Below, piece after piece: positions 8,678 through 17,641 of a DNA stretch of 53,699 nucleotides (positions are counted from its first letter, which is position 1; the number at the start of each line of letters is the position of its first letter). A program made the translations under genes and the position numbers. Origin of the DNA: Chloroflexota bacterium (GTDB taxonomy: Bacteria > Chloroflexota > Dormibacteria > CF-121); the NCBI GenBank assembly GCA_005881175.1, contig VBEN01000008.1, positions 1 through 53,699 of the forward strand, written 5' to 3'. Under the pieces are notes generated by a model. It saw only the letters and a list, made by a program, of their open reading frames with translations. It made no database searches and had not been told where the DNA came from.

Positions 8678-10176
8678 ACCGGAACCTCTTCCGGCAGCAG
8701 CCACTGGCCGCCCAGCAGCTTGTTGATCTGCGTGGAGAAGACCAGCGAGTCACTGAGCACGCCGCGCGGCGGGCCGTCGGCATAAATCTCGCCGTCGGCC
8801 ATCAACAGGACGCGGTCGGCGGTTCGCGCCGCCCATTCGACGTCGTGAGTCGCGACCAGAATCGACGCCCCGTTTTCGGCGCGCGTCCGCAAGAAGCCGC
8901 TCAGCGCCCGTTTGACGACTGGATCCAGTCCTCGCGTCGGCTCGTCGAGCAGGAGAAGCTCCGCTCGGGCGGCAACCACGGCGATGGCCAGCTGCTGCCG
9001 TTCTCCGGAGCTCAAGTCGCGTGGATACCGGTGACGCCAATCGCGAAAGGGGGCAATCGACGCATCGGCCAGACCGCGAAGCTCGTCCTTCACCGTCGGC
9101 GCAAACAGCAGCGCATCGGCATCCTGCGGAACGTACCCGGCCCCCACGTGGACCTTGATGTGACCGCGCTGCGGTCGGAGGATGCCCGCGATCAATTTCA
9201 GCAGCGTGGTCTTCCCCGAAGCATTGCGACCCATCAACGCCGTCACCTGGCCACGACGCAGCATCAGCGACACGCCCTCGACGGCGCGCACGCCGTCATA
9301 CGAGTAGGCGACGCCCTCGAGTCGGCACATCACCTCGCCTGTGCCATGAATTGCTGGTGCGATGGGCGTTCGGATTGGTAGCTGCGTCGTGTGGATCCGT
9401 GCATCCCGTAATCCCAGTGGGATGGGCGCCCAGCCCGCCCGAATCGCCAGGTCCACGACTGGCGGGCGGGCCCCTCCGTCCGCCACCGCTGCCCTCGGCG
9501 CCTGGTCTTGCATCGACCCGGATTCGAGGGTCCAAATTCGGTCAACAAACGGAGCGATCCGCTCCACGCGATGCTCGGCGATCACGGTCGTCATCCCGAG
9601 CTCCGCGACCAGTCGCAGCACGACCTGGAGCACATCCTCGGCCGCCTGCGGATCGAGTTGCGACGTCGGTTCGTCGAGGGCAAGCGCCTGTGGATGCATG
9701 GCGAGGGCCGCGGCAATCGCCACCCGCTGACGTTCGCCGCCGGATAGGGTGCCAATCCGACGGCGTCGAAGCGCGTGGATGCCGACCTGGTCAATCACCT
9801 CCTCGATGCGTTTACGCATCAGCGACCGCCCCAGGCCCAGGTTCTCGAGGCCGAAGGCGAGCTCGGCCTCGACATCCTCCAGCACGAACTGGGCGTCGGG
9901 ATGTTGAAAGACGAAACCGATGCGCGCGCCCAGCTCGCGCGGGAGCTGCGCCCGTGTGTCGAGTCCACACACGATGACCCGGCCGCTGAATGCTCCACCG
10001 GTGCTGTGCGGCACGAGACCGTTGAGGCAGCGAAGTAGGGTCGACTTTCCGCTGCCCGATGGTCCGCGCAACAGGATCACCGCCCCGGGCTCGACACGAG
10101 CGCTGATTCCCTGGAGGGCCGGCGCGCCCGCCTCCGGGTAGCGGTACCGAACGTCGTCAAGCGTGATGATCGGCAT
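8674..10176 (-). CDS. ECF transporter ATPase with two ABC domains
   Basis: Two Walker A motifs (GPSGSGKST, GRNASGKTT), FQHPDAQ Q-helix, LSGGE/LSSGE, two DEPT motifs. Confidence 0.93.
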   Translation of the reverse strand: MPIITLDDVRYRYPEAGAPALQGISARVEPGAVILLRGPSGSGKSTLLRCLNGLVPHSTGGAFSGRVIVCGLDTRAQLPRELGARIGFVFQHPDAQFVLEDVEAELAFGLENLGLGRSLMRKRIEEVIDQVGIHALRRRRIGTLSGGERQRVAIAAALAMHPQALALDEPTSQLDPQAAEDVLQVVLRLVAELGMTTVIAEHRVERIAPFVDRIWTLESGSMQDQAPRAAVADGGARPPVVDLAIRAGWAPIPLGLRDARIHTTQLPIRTPIAPAIHGTGEVMCRLEGVAYSYDGVRAVEGVSLMLRRGQVTALMGRNASGKTTLLKLIAGILRPQRGHIKVHVGAGYVPQDADALLFAPTVKDELRGLADASIAPFRDWRHRYPRDLSSGERQQLAIAVVAARAELLLLDEPTRGLDPVVKRALSGFLRTRAENGASILVATHDVEWAARTADRVLLMADGEIYADGPPRGVLSDSLVFSTQINKLLGGQWLLPEEVPV

Positions 10177-10993
10177 GGTCCGTTGGAGCCAGGGCAGCCG
10201 TGACCGCCGGCGCGGCCAGCAATACGACGGCGATCAGGCTCACCGAGGTCGGCGCCGTCGGCGCCAGGTCGACGTAAGGGTTGTAGGGCGTCGCCGGGAA
10301 CACGAGCGTCACGGTCAGGGCGGCCAGCGACGCGATGATCGCGGCCGCATCGAGCGCTGACCACTGGAGTGGACGGTAACGCGAACGATGACGGCTGCCA
10401 TAGCCACGCGCGTCGAGCGACTCGCCGTACTGGAGTGCCTGCTCCAGCGTGCTCAGCAAGAGGGGGACGAGGACCCCAGGGGCCGATTGCCAACCGGTCC
10501 GGTGACCGCGGAGCCTGCGCGCCTCGCGGATCGCTTGAAACGATGCCCCGGTCTTGGGGGCAAAGGCGAGTGACAGCGCAAGTGCGGTGCCGGCGCGATA
10601 CAGCGGCCGAGGAAGCAGCGACAGTAGGTCCGCGCTTCGAACCGTCGCCGAAAGGATCCCGAAGATGGCGACCGTCAGCAGGAGGGCGACGCCGGTCGAC
10701 ACCCCATAGAGGATGGCCTCCCAGGTCCATGCCCCTCCGATGATCGGGATTGGCGGAAGGTTGACCAGCACGTGATGGCCGAACCGGCTAAGCGCCGCGC
10801 TGAACAGGATGGGGACGATGGCGAGCGTGGCACCGACTTTCCACGACGTCGAGCCTCGCCGGCCTCGGTATGCCAGCCACACGTTGATCACGACCAGGAG
10901 CAGCACGCCCTGAAGAAAGGGGCTTCGGTCGATGAACGCCGCCGATAGGGCGGCGATCGCCCACGAACACCAGGCCAAGGGGTTTCGGATCAT
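10157..10993 (-). CDS. ECF transporter transmembrane T component
   Basis: MIRNPLAW start overlaps the upstream stop (ATGA); ARRLRG and SLDARGY Arg motifs. Confidence 0.9.
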   Translation of the reverse strand: MIRNPLAWCSWAIAALSAAFIDRSPFLQGVLLLVVINVWLAYRGRRGSTSWKVGATLAIVPILFSAALSRFGHHVLVNLPPIPIIGGAWTWEAILYGVSTGVALLLTVAIFGILSATVRSADLLSLLPRPLYRAGTALALSLAFAPKTGASFQAIREARRLRGHRTGWQSAPGVLVPLLLSTLEQALQYGESLDARGYGSRHRSRYRPLQWSALDAAAIIASLAALTVTLVFPATPYNPYVDLAPTAPTSVSLIAVVLLAAPAVTAALAPTDHADHHA

Positions 10994-11724
10994 GGCCCGC
11001 GTCGCCGCAGGTTGATCACGCCCAGGCTGAGGAGTAATGTCGCGGTCCCACCCACCAGCAGCCATGGCCACATCGCGGCCGACTTCGGCGTTTGGCTCGT
11101 CGAACCGGTGATGGCCAGCACGGACCGGCCGCTCGTCGATACGCTCGGGGCTGCCGCCTCCAGGCTGGTCGGTGCCGGCGTCGAGGCCGCGGTCGGCAGT
11201 GCCGTCGCTGTTGGGGCGGCGCGAACCGCCGCCGGCGCACTGGCCGCGTGGGTCGCGGCGACGGGCGGCACCGCCACCTTGCAGACCTGGCCGAAGCCGG
11301 TTGACGGGGGCGGCGCGCCGTACGCTGACGTGTAGGTCCAGCCCTCGATATCGCCGTCGCGGAGCCTGTAGCCGCTGACGCCAGTTGATCGTGCGACCCA
11401 TCCTGAGGGTGTGACATACCAGTCGGACCAGTTCGGGCCGGACGTGGGACCAAAGCAGCGGTCGGGAACGGGGGTGGGCTGGCGATCGAGCTGGCAGACG
11501 GTATCGGCCCCGCCGCCCCAGTTGTATACCTGGGGCGGCTGGCCAGAATTCACGCCGGCAAGCTCCAGCAGGGCGAGGCCGCTGATGGCTTCTTGCGCGA
11601 ACTCGACGCATTTCCAGAGCACGCGCGGGCCAGGCCACCCGGCACCGTGCTCGATCACGAGGGCGGCGCGATGGGTCGCGGCATGCGCGGGCGCGTGCCA
11701 CAGCACGCCACTGGATAGCGCCAA
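10990..11724 (-). CDS. exported, C-terminally anchored protein with a DUF4430/transcobalamin-beta-like domain (start uncertain)
   Basis: AxA signal, SGLALL...VCQLD...NWSDWY...W...STGVSGYRLRDGDIEGWTY, Ala/Pro/Thr linker, TM segment plus RRR. Confidence 0.7.
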   Translation of the reverse strand: MALSSGVLWHAPAHAATHRAALVIEHGAGWPGPRVLWKCVEFAQEAISGLALLELAGVNSGQPPQVYNWGGGADTVCQLDRQPTPVPDRCFGPTSGPNWSDWYVTPSGWVARSTGVSGYRLRDGDIEGWTYTSAYGAPPPSTGFGQVCKVAVPPVAATHAASAPAAVRAAPTATALPTAASTPAPTSLEAAAPSVSTSGRSVLAITGSTSQTPKSAAMWPWLLVGGTATLLLSLGVINLRRRGP

Positions 11725-11747
11725 CCCCAGCGCGATGGTCGAGCGGA

Positions 11748-12869
11748 CTATCGACGGCGCGCGCGTCGGCGAGACCTCATGAGGATAACGGCGCCCAGCA
11801 GGAGGACGGCAAGACCGGCAACCGATGGCCGGATCTCAGGCGACGTGCCCGTCTGGGCCAGCCGCGGCGGCGTCGCCGCCGAGCTCGTCACGGGCGTTGG
11901 TTGCGGTGCCGGAGTCGCCGTGGTGGTCGTCGAGCAGGCGAGGAGCGGCACCGCGTTTTCGGCGAGACCACTGATGGTCAGCGGACGCAGGAGGAACGCG
12001 GCCGGTGCGAGCGTGGTGGCGAACAGCTTGCTGTACGGGTTGGAAATGGCTCCGGCATCGGCTCCGCTGCCCAGCTGCAAGCCTGCCAGGTGCGTCAGCG
12101 CCTGATCCAGTTTCGAGCGCCAGCTCTGGTTGGTCTGCTGGTTCGCGGCCACAATCGCCTGAATCGCCAGCTCGTCCGAGTTGCCGTCCGGGGCAGCGCC
12201 TGGCGTGTCCGCAAATCCTCCCTGGCCGAAGACCGATTGCAGATACGCAAAGCCGTGTGTGATTGCCTCATCGTCTGATGGCACGCCGTCGCTCAGCAGG
12301 GCCTGGATGACGAGCGCGGTCGTGTTGGAGTCGGTGTACTGGTCGCCAGCGAAACTCCATCCACCATCCGCCTGCTGGTGGTCTTTAAGGAATGTCACCG
12401 CGTCCGGGCCGACGGCCTGCTTCGCGGCGCGTAGGCCGAGGATCGCCAGCGCATCACTGAAGATGTCGGCGCCGTACTCGCCATTGGTGCCTTTGGCGGC
12501 CTGCAGTTGCGCGATGACCACCGCGGTTGGGCCGGCATGCGGCTGCGACGCGCGCGCGAGCAGCAGCTCGCCATTCGTTCCGACATCCGTGCTGACGGCG
12601 GTCTTGAGGTAATCGGCCAGCGACTCGGCGCCGGTCTTCATCGCCGAGGCGTCCTGGCCGGCCGCCGCCAAGCCAAACGCGACCTCCGACGAGCGGGCGA
12701 TGGGATTGCCGCCGCTGCCGATCTGTCCGTTGGGCTGCTGCTGGGTGCATTGCAGCCATTGCAGGGCTCGCTGGGCATTACTCGTGAGCCGGCTCTCCGC
12801 GCCGGCTGTGATCGAAGCCAACAACAGCAGGGCGATGGCGATGACATTCGCGGTCGTCAGTCGTTTCAT
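11748..12869 (-). CDS. secreted prenyltransferase/squalene-cyclase-repeat protein with LAXTG sorting signal
   Basis: GGAGG RBS; signal peptide; QQPNGQ, QQADGGW and DSNTTALVIQAL repeats; LAQTG followed by TM and RSRRRARRR. Confidence 0.8.
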   Translation of the reverse strand: MKRLTTANVIAIALLLLASITAGAESRLTSNAQRALQWLQCTQQQPNGQIGSGGNPIARSSEVAFGLAAAGQDASAMKTGAESLADYLKTAVSTDVGTNGELLLARASQPHAGPTAVVIAQLQAAKGTNGEYGADIFSDALAILGLRAAKQAVGPDAVTFLKDHQQADGGWSFAGDQYTDSNTTALVIQALLSDGVPSDDEAITHGFAYLQSVFGQGGFADTPGAAPDGNSDELAIQAIVAANQQTNQSWRSKLDQALTHLAGLQLGSGADAGAISNPYSKLFATTLAPAAFLLRPLTISGLAENAVPLLACSTTTTATPAPQPTPVTSSAATPPRLAQTGTSPEIRPSVAGLAVLLLGAVILMRSRRRARRR

Positions 12870-12920
12870 GTGAACCTCCAGAGCAAGAATGCGCAGCTGG
12901 AGGCCGATCGGAGTCGCCAG

Positions 12921-12957
12921 AAAAACAAAACGCTCCCAGACCTCGACGGCGGGAGCG
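12921..12957 (-). terminator. intrinsic terminator, likely the riboswitch expression platform
   Basis: Minus strand CGCTCCC-loop-GGGAGCG followed by TTTTGTTTTT, between the riboswitch and the first gene. Confidence 0.8.
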
Positions 12958-13006
12958 ATGAAGATGCCTGGCATCTCCCTCTCAGCCTCGAAGAGGGTCG
13001 TGATCC

Positions 13007-13166
13007 CCGACAGGCAGGTCTCCTGGCTCCGGATCGTCGCCGTTGGACTCCTTCCCAAGGCCACGGCCTCGGTGGATCTCGTCCACGGCTCCCCGGTTAC
13101 AGTGACGGGTTCGCGCCGGATTCACACCGGCTTCCCTTTTCAGCTCTCATCGAGCCACCTGTCGGC
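13007..13166 (-). promoter_or_regulatory. cobalamin riboswitch
   Basis: Minus strand AGGT...AAAAGGGAAGCCGGTGTGAATCCGGCGC...CCCGTCACTGT...GGGAAG...GAGCCAGGAGACCTGCC; P1 CCGACAGG/CCTGTCGG; TATAAT upstream at 13227-13222. Confidence 0.95.
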
Positions 13167-13241
13167 GTTCTTTACTTGTCGTGGCGCCTGGCCGGCATCA
13201 CCTCCCCAAAGGGTGACCGCAATTATAGGATGCGTGCCGGG

Positions 13242-13272
13242 AAAAAGAAACGCCGTCCGAATGCCGGACGGC
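13242..13272 (-). terminator. intrinsic terminator of the 13301-13642 gene
   Basis: Minus strand GCCGTCCG-loop-CGGACGGC followed by GTTTCTTTTT. Confidence 0.75.
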
Positions 13273-13300
13273 AGCCGATCAGTTTGCCGCGACGCTACTG

Positions 13301-13642
13301 CTAGGCGACGCGCGACTGCTCGAAGTAGACTTCCAGCTCCTCGATGGTCGGCACCCGGTTGATCTCGTCCGGCTCAACGTTCATGAATTCTTCCTGGGCC
13401 GTGAAGACGAGCTCGATCAGGTCGGGAATCGTGATGCCGGGTGCATACGGCACGCTGAAGGCGCGCAGCTGCTCGACGAGGTGGCGGGGAACGACGGTCC
13501 GTTCTGCCAGATTGAGCTCTTCGAGCCCCCACAAAATCCTGTCCAGCCCGTAAAGGCTGAGCTTGCGCTTGGCCTCCTGGGCACGGGTCGCGATGACGCG
13601 CAGCGTCGTGCGTTGGGTCTCTGCTTGGATCGCTTCGTACAT
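13301..13642 (-). CDS. hypothetical helical protein, apparent paralog of 31317-31628
   Basis: GGAGG upstream, own terminator, typical codon use. Confidence 0.8.
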   Translation of the reverse strand: MYEAIQAETQRTTLRVIATRAQEAKRKLSLYGLDRILWGLEELNLAERTVVPRHLVEQLRAFSVPYAPGITIPDLIELVFTAQEEFMNVEPDEINRVPTIEELEVYFEQSRVA

Positions 13643-13798
13643 CGTTAGGATGGTTCCTCCGACGCTTGCCGTGGTTGGGGTCAGCGACCACGGTACGTGC
13701 CTGTTCCCACAGCCAGCAAATAACTTTCGTTAAAACATGTAAATAGGCGACCCGCTGTCACCGGCAGGCTTTCGAAAACTCGCGGGATAATACCCACA

Positions 13799-15553
13799 AT
13801 GGCGTACATCGACGCCGACGCGGATCGCGTACCCGGACGGGATGCCGTCGAGCTGTACACCCGCACCTACGGCACGCTGCTGCGCAGCTCTGGAGAAACC
13901 AAGCTCAAGGTGCTGGAACAGTCGCACATCGGCATGCGGTCCAGCCTGCATCCGAAGGCCGGATCGGCCGAGCCTGACACCGGTGCGCTGATCTACGCGC
14001 TGCGCCGTCTGCCCCCCTGCATTACGACAGTGCGGCGGATCGTTCTCGGCCAATCGGCCGAGGTTTTCAAGCGGATGCTCAACGTCGACGTCGAGCGCTG
14101 GGAGATGCAGAGCTCGCCTGGTCGCCGCCGCCGTTATTACTACGACGGTAAGGAAACGCTTGCCGTCTACATCGCCAGCCCGTCGGACATTGATGATGTC
14201 ATTCCGCAACTCGTCGCGCTGCAAATCGAATGGAACAAGTTGCACGCCTTGCTGAGCGCCGAAGATCTGAGCGGATTAGAGACCGTCGCGGAGCAGTTCG
14301 AGGTTCTCGAGCGGCTTGGAATCTCCGAGGACGACGCGATCCGACTCGTCGAGATTTGGACCGACCTGCTGAGTCCACTGCGCCGCATCCAGGCGGACGA
14401 GAAAGACTTCACCGTTCGGATGCTCGGCGGTTCGGAGATCGGCTACATCAAGGCGACACGCCGGTGGTGGGCGCCGATCGAGTCGCTGATGCAGAGTCAG
14501 GGGGTTGGCGACCGTCCGGTCTATTTCATATCGAGCAATACCCATAGCCTCGTCAACCTGCTGAGTGGCTCGGCGCGACGGCACCAACAGGAAATCGTCG
14601 ATTACATCGAGCGCAGCAATAACCTCGAGCTGGTCCCGGAGCTGCGCAAGCTCCGCCAGGGGCAGTCGCGTGGCAACTGGGACAACTTCCTCTATTACGC
14701 GGCCCGGGCGTACTATGGCCAATCCGCCGAAGCCGGACAGCGGCGGGCGCAGCGGACCAGCGAAGAGGAGGCCCGCGGCATCTTCTTCCTTCCGAGCCAC
14801 GCCGGCCTTGACGTTGCCGCGCAGGTCATCGTCCTGGATCGGCTGGTGGCGAGCGATCTCGACGCGCGACTCGGCGATCCGCCGGCGGATCGCTTGAAAC
14901 GCAGCCCCGCGGTTTTGATCAATGTCAACTACCCGTTGGGCCTCGGCGCATACAACGTTCTCCGCGAGGTTGCGGTCAGTGTGGGGACGCTGCGCGGCGT
15001 CTACGTGCTCGGCAAGGCGGCCACCTTGAACGGCAGCATCGGCGACGTCATGATCTCCAACGTCGTCTTTGAAGAGCATTCGGAAAACACCTACTGGCTG
15101 GAAAACTGCTTCAGCTTCGACAGCGTGGCTCCTTTCCTCGTGTATGGCTCGGCCCTGGACAATCAGCGCGCCGTGACCGTCAGAGGCACCTTCCTGCAGA
15201 ACCGGGGCTACCTCGACTTCTATCACCGCGAGAGTTTCACCGTGGTTGAGATGGAAGGCGGCCCCTACCTCAATGCCCTGTACGAAGCCGCGGAATCATC
15301 TCGCTACCCGATGCGCGAGAACATCAACTTCACCAAGCTGCCGTTCGATCTCGGCGTCCTCCACTACGCGTCAGATACGCCCTATACCCAAGCCCGGACG
15401 TTGGGGGCCCGCGGTCTCTCCTACTACGGGATGGATTCGACCTATGCGTCGACCGTGGCAATTCTCCGGCGGATCCTGGCCCAGGAGCGGGTCCTTACGG
15501 CCGACGTTGCGGCGCAACGGTGGGCGGACGCGGAAGCGCGTCAGGGCGCCTGA
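13799..15553 (+). CDS. DUF6909-like protein with a nucleoside-phosphorylase-like C-terminal domain
   Basis: ISSNTHS, GKAATLNGSIGDVMIS, EMEGGPY, HYASDTP motifs. Confidence 0.75.
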   Translation: MAYIDADADRVPGRDAVELYTRTYGTLLRSSGETKLKVLEQSHIGMRSSLHPKAGSAEPDTGALIYALRRLPPCITTVRRIVLGQSAEVFKRMLNVDVERWEMQSSPGRRRRYYYDGKETLAVYIASPSDIDDVIPQLVALQIEWNKLHALLSAEDLSGLETVAEQFEVLERLGISEDDAIRLVEIWTDLLSPLRRIQADEKDFTVRMLGGSEIGYIKATRRWWAPIESLMQSQGVGDRPVYFISSNTHSLVNLLSGSARRHQQEIVDYIERSNNLELVPELRKLRQGQSRGNWDNFLYYAARAYYGQSAEAGQRRAQRTSEEEARGIFFLPSHAGLDVAAQVIVLDRLVASDLDARLGDPPADRLKRSPAVLINVNYPLGLGAYNVLREVAVSVGTLRGVYVLGKAATLNGSIGDVMISNVVFEEHSENTYWLENCFSFDSVAPFLVYGSALDNQRAVTVRGTFLQNRGYLDFYHRESFTVVEMEGGPYLNALYEAAESSRYPMRENINFTKLPFDLGVLHYASDTPYTQARTLGARGLSYYGMDSTYASTVAILRRILAQERVLTADVAAQRWADAEARQGA

Positions 15554-15594
15554 CATTTAGCGGCACCGTAATGCGGCGTTGATAGGCTGCGGTC

Positions 15595-15665
15595 AGTCAG
15601 AAGCATTTCCCCAGCCCCCCTCCTCCCCCACAATAGGCCGCCCTTAACCAGCGGCCTTTTGTTTT
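15595..15665 (+). ncRNA. candidate small RNA with a CCUCCUCCC anti-SD motif and terminator
   Basis: Extended -10 TGnTAGGCT at 15580-15588, C-rich tract at 15615-15629, hairpin AGGCCGC/GCGGCCT followed by TTTGTTTT. Confidence 0.45.
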
Positions 15666-15678
15666 GGTGGACGCGTTC

Positions 15679-16383
15679 TCAGGCAGCTCGCCTTCGCTGA
15701 CGGCTCCGGCTTTCCTCCTTGCGGAGGGCCAGCCCTTGAAGCGCGACGTCGATTCGCCGGTCTGACGGGTCGAGATGCTTGGCACCCGTCAAATGCCGGT
15801 GGGCGGCGATCAGGTCGCCCCGTTGCATCTCGGCCAATCCCAGCTGCAGCGTAAAGCCTGGGTCGACGGGGCATGCCTTCACGGCTTCTTCGAGGTACAG
15901 GAAGGCGTCGTCGCGCTGACCGATCTCCCAGAGCAACGTCCCCAGCTCCGCCAGGATCTCGGGCTCATCGGGCGCCACATTCAGGGCTCGCACGTAAGCC
16001 AGGCGGGCCACCTCGGCATGGCCGAGCAGGCGATGATCTCGACCGATCAGGTACCAGGTCTGCCAAGAGGTCGGCGCCAGCAGCATGGTGCGGGTGTAGG
16101 CGGCCTTGGCCCGTTCCCGATCGCCAACTGCATCACAGGTCAGGCCCAGCCGGAAGGCGACGTCCGGATGGTCCGGATCGATGCGACTTGCTTCGTCGAG
16201 CACCTGTCGGGCGCGGGCGAAGTCGCGGGTGCGATGGCACAGCGTTCCCAGTCGAAGCCACGGAAGGGCTTCCTCCGGGGCGAGCGTGGCAGCCGCCTGA
16301 TAACAGACCAGGGCCTCGCGCACGTTGCCTTCCGATTCCGCCCGCCGGCCGGTCTCCAGGAGACGCTCGGCTTCCGCGGTCAT
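15679..16383 (-). CDS. tetratricopeptide repeat protein
   Basis: About 34-aa repeats with the W-x2-LG...A...Y/A...P pattern. Confidence 0.88.
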   Translation of the reverse strand: MTAEAERLLETGRRAESEGNVREALVCYQAAATLAPEEALPWLRLGTLCHRTRDFARARQVLDEASRIDPDHPDVAFRLGLTCDAVGDRERAKAAYTRTMLLAPTSWQTWYLIGRDHRLLGHAEVARLAYVRALNVAPDEPEILAELGTLLWEIGQRDDAFLYLEEAVKACPVDPGFTLQLGLAEMQRGDLIAAHRHLTGAKHLDPSDRRIDVALQGLALRKEESRSRQRRRAA

Positions 16384-16415
16384 CGATCAGGAATAACGCG
16401 CGCCGCCGGCCGCTC

Positions 16416-16631
16416 CTACGCTGGCCGCGCCTGGTCGAGGAAACGGAGCAGCTCCGGCTCCTCCATATCCTGCGCCGGGAGCACCGGCGTGTACTTGAGG
16501 CGTGTCGCCAGCTTCATCGCCAGCTCCACTTTGAAATCGACCGGCGTGAAGCCCTTGTCGGTGAAGATTCCGAGGCTTCGGTCGCGTATGACCAGAGCGG
16601 CGCCCTGCTTGCGCGCCAGCACCGTCATCAC
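16416..16631 (-). CDS. small hypothetical protein
   Basis: 71 aa; GTG overlaps the response-regulator stop (GTGA). Confidence 0.7.
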   Translation of the reverse strand: MMTVLARKQGAALVIRDRSLGIFTDKGFTPVDFKVELAMKLATRLKYTPVLPAQDMEEPELLRFLDQARPA

Positions 16632-16996
16632 GGCCGTCCCGCCGTTGGCGCGGGCGCGAGCTGCGCGACGAGCCGCGCAAGCTGCGTCGGCTTGAAGGGT
16701 TTTTCAACGGTCGCCAGCGCTCCCGCCGACAGCGCACGATTCGGGGTAACAACATCGCGAAACTCGGTCATCATCACCACCGGCGGATTGGGGGAAAGCG
16801 CTCTCAGCAGGTCAAAGGGGTCACCATCCGGAAGGCTCGAATCCAGCAGCACAAGGTCAGGCTGCGTCGTCCTGGCGGCATCGAGCACCGCCGACGCGCT
16901 CGATTCCCAGCGCACCTGGTGTCCTTCGCGCTCCAGCTTGAAGACGATGATCGACGCGATATTGGGCTCGTCCTCGACGAGCAGGACGCGTGCCAT
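16628..16996 (-). CDS. single-domain response regulator
   Basis: VLLVEDE, PDLVLLD phosphoacceptor, T, KPF. Confidence 0.88.
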   Translation of the reverse strand: MARVLLVEDEPNIASIIVFKLEREGHQVRWESSASAVLDAARTTQPDLVLLDSSLPDGDPFDLLRALSPNPPVVMMTEFRDVVTPNRALSAGALATVEKPFKPTQLARLVAQLAPAPTAGRP

Positions 16997-17018
16997 GACG
17001 CGGCACTAATGTTAACGG

Positions 17019-17555
17019 GTGCCGTCGCCATCATCCAGCGCCCATACCATTTATCTGGCACACGGCGCATCGGGTGATGCCTCCAGCATGCGACCCTACG
17101 TTCGGGCGTTGGCCGTGCGCAAGCTGCCGGCCGCCGCCATCGATCTGCCGCGCTCGGGCCGCTCGGTGGTCAAAGCCGAGAAGGCGGTGCCCACGTTCAT
17201 CGAAAAGGTGCCTGCGGGGTCGATTGCCGGTGGCCATTCTTACGGCGGCCGCGTCGCCAGCATGGCCGCCACCGAGGTGCGTTATGCGGCGTTACTGCTC
17301 CTCAGCTATCCGCTCCACCGGCCCGGGCACCCGGAGGACCTGCGCACCGAACACTGGCCCCAGATCGCCTGTCCGGTACTCCTGCTTTCGGGAGAATCGG
17401 ATCCATTTGCCAGAGTGGAGCTGCTGCGGGCATCGGTCCGGTTGTTGCCGAAGGCCGAGCTCGTGACATTTGCCGGCGTGGGCCATGGTCTCCTGCCGGT
17501 GCTGGACGACGCGATGGACCGCGTCGCCGCGTTTGTTCGCAGGCATCGACTCTAA
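17019..17555 (+). CDS. alpha/beta hydrolase (KANL3/Tex30-like)
   Basis: LAHGA, GGHSYGGR, YPLH.PG, GESDPF, GH. Confidence 0.88.
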   Translation: MPSPSSSAHTIYLAHGASGDASSMRPYVRALAVRKLPAAAIDLPRSGRSVVKAEKAVPTFIEKVPAGSIAGGHSYGGRVASMAATEVRYAALLLLSYPLHRPGHPEDLRTEHWPQIACPVLLLSGESDPFARVELLRASVRLLPKAELVTFAGVGHGLLPVLDDAMDRVAAFVRRHRL

Positions 17556-17641
17556 TAGGCTTGGAGAATGCCGCTATCGACGACGCGCTGGCCCGGACGT
17601 TCCGGTTCGTCGCGCGGGTCCTCACGTCACCCGCTGATCGC

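Noticed and set aside
10994-11701. 514-aa version of EcfT (and similarly the 309-aa version of the sigma factor)
   Set aside because: The extensions are shadow frames over neighbouring real genes
12870-13064. N-terminal extension of the tracked 438-aa ORF
   Set aside because: It runs through the riboswitch and terminator; the ATG at 12869 has an RBS and a signal peptide
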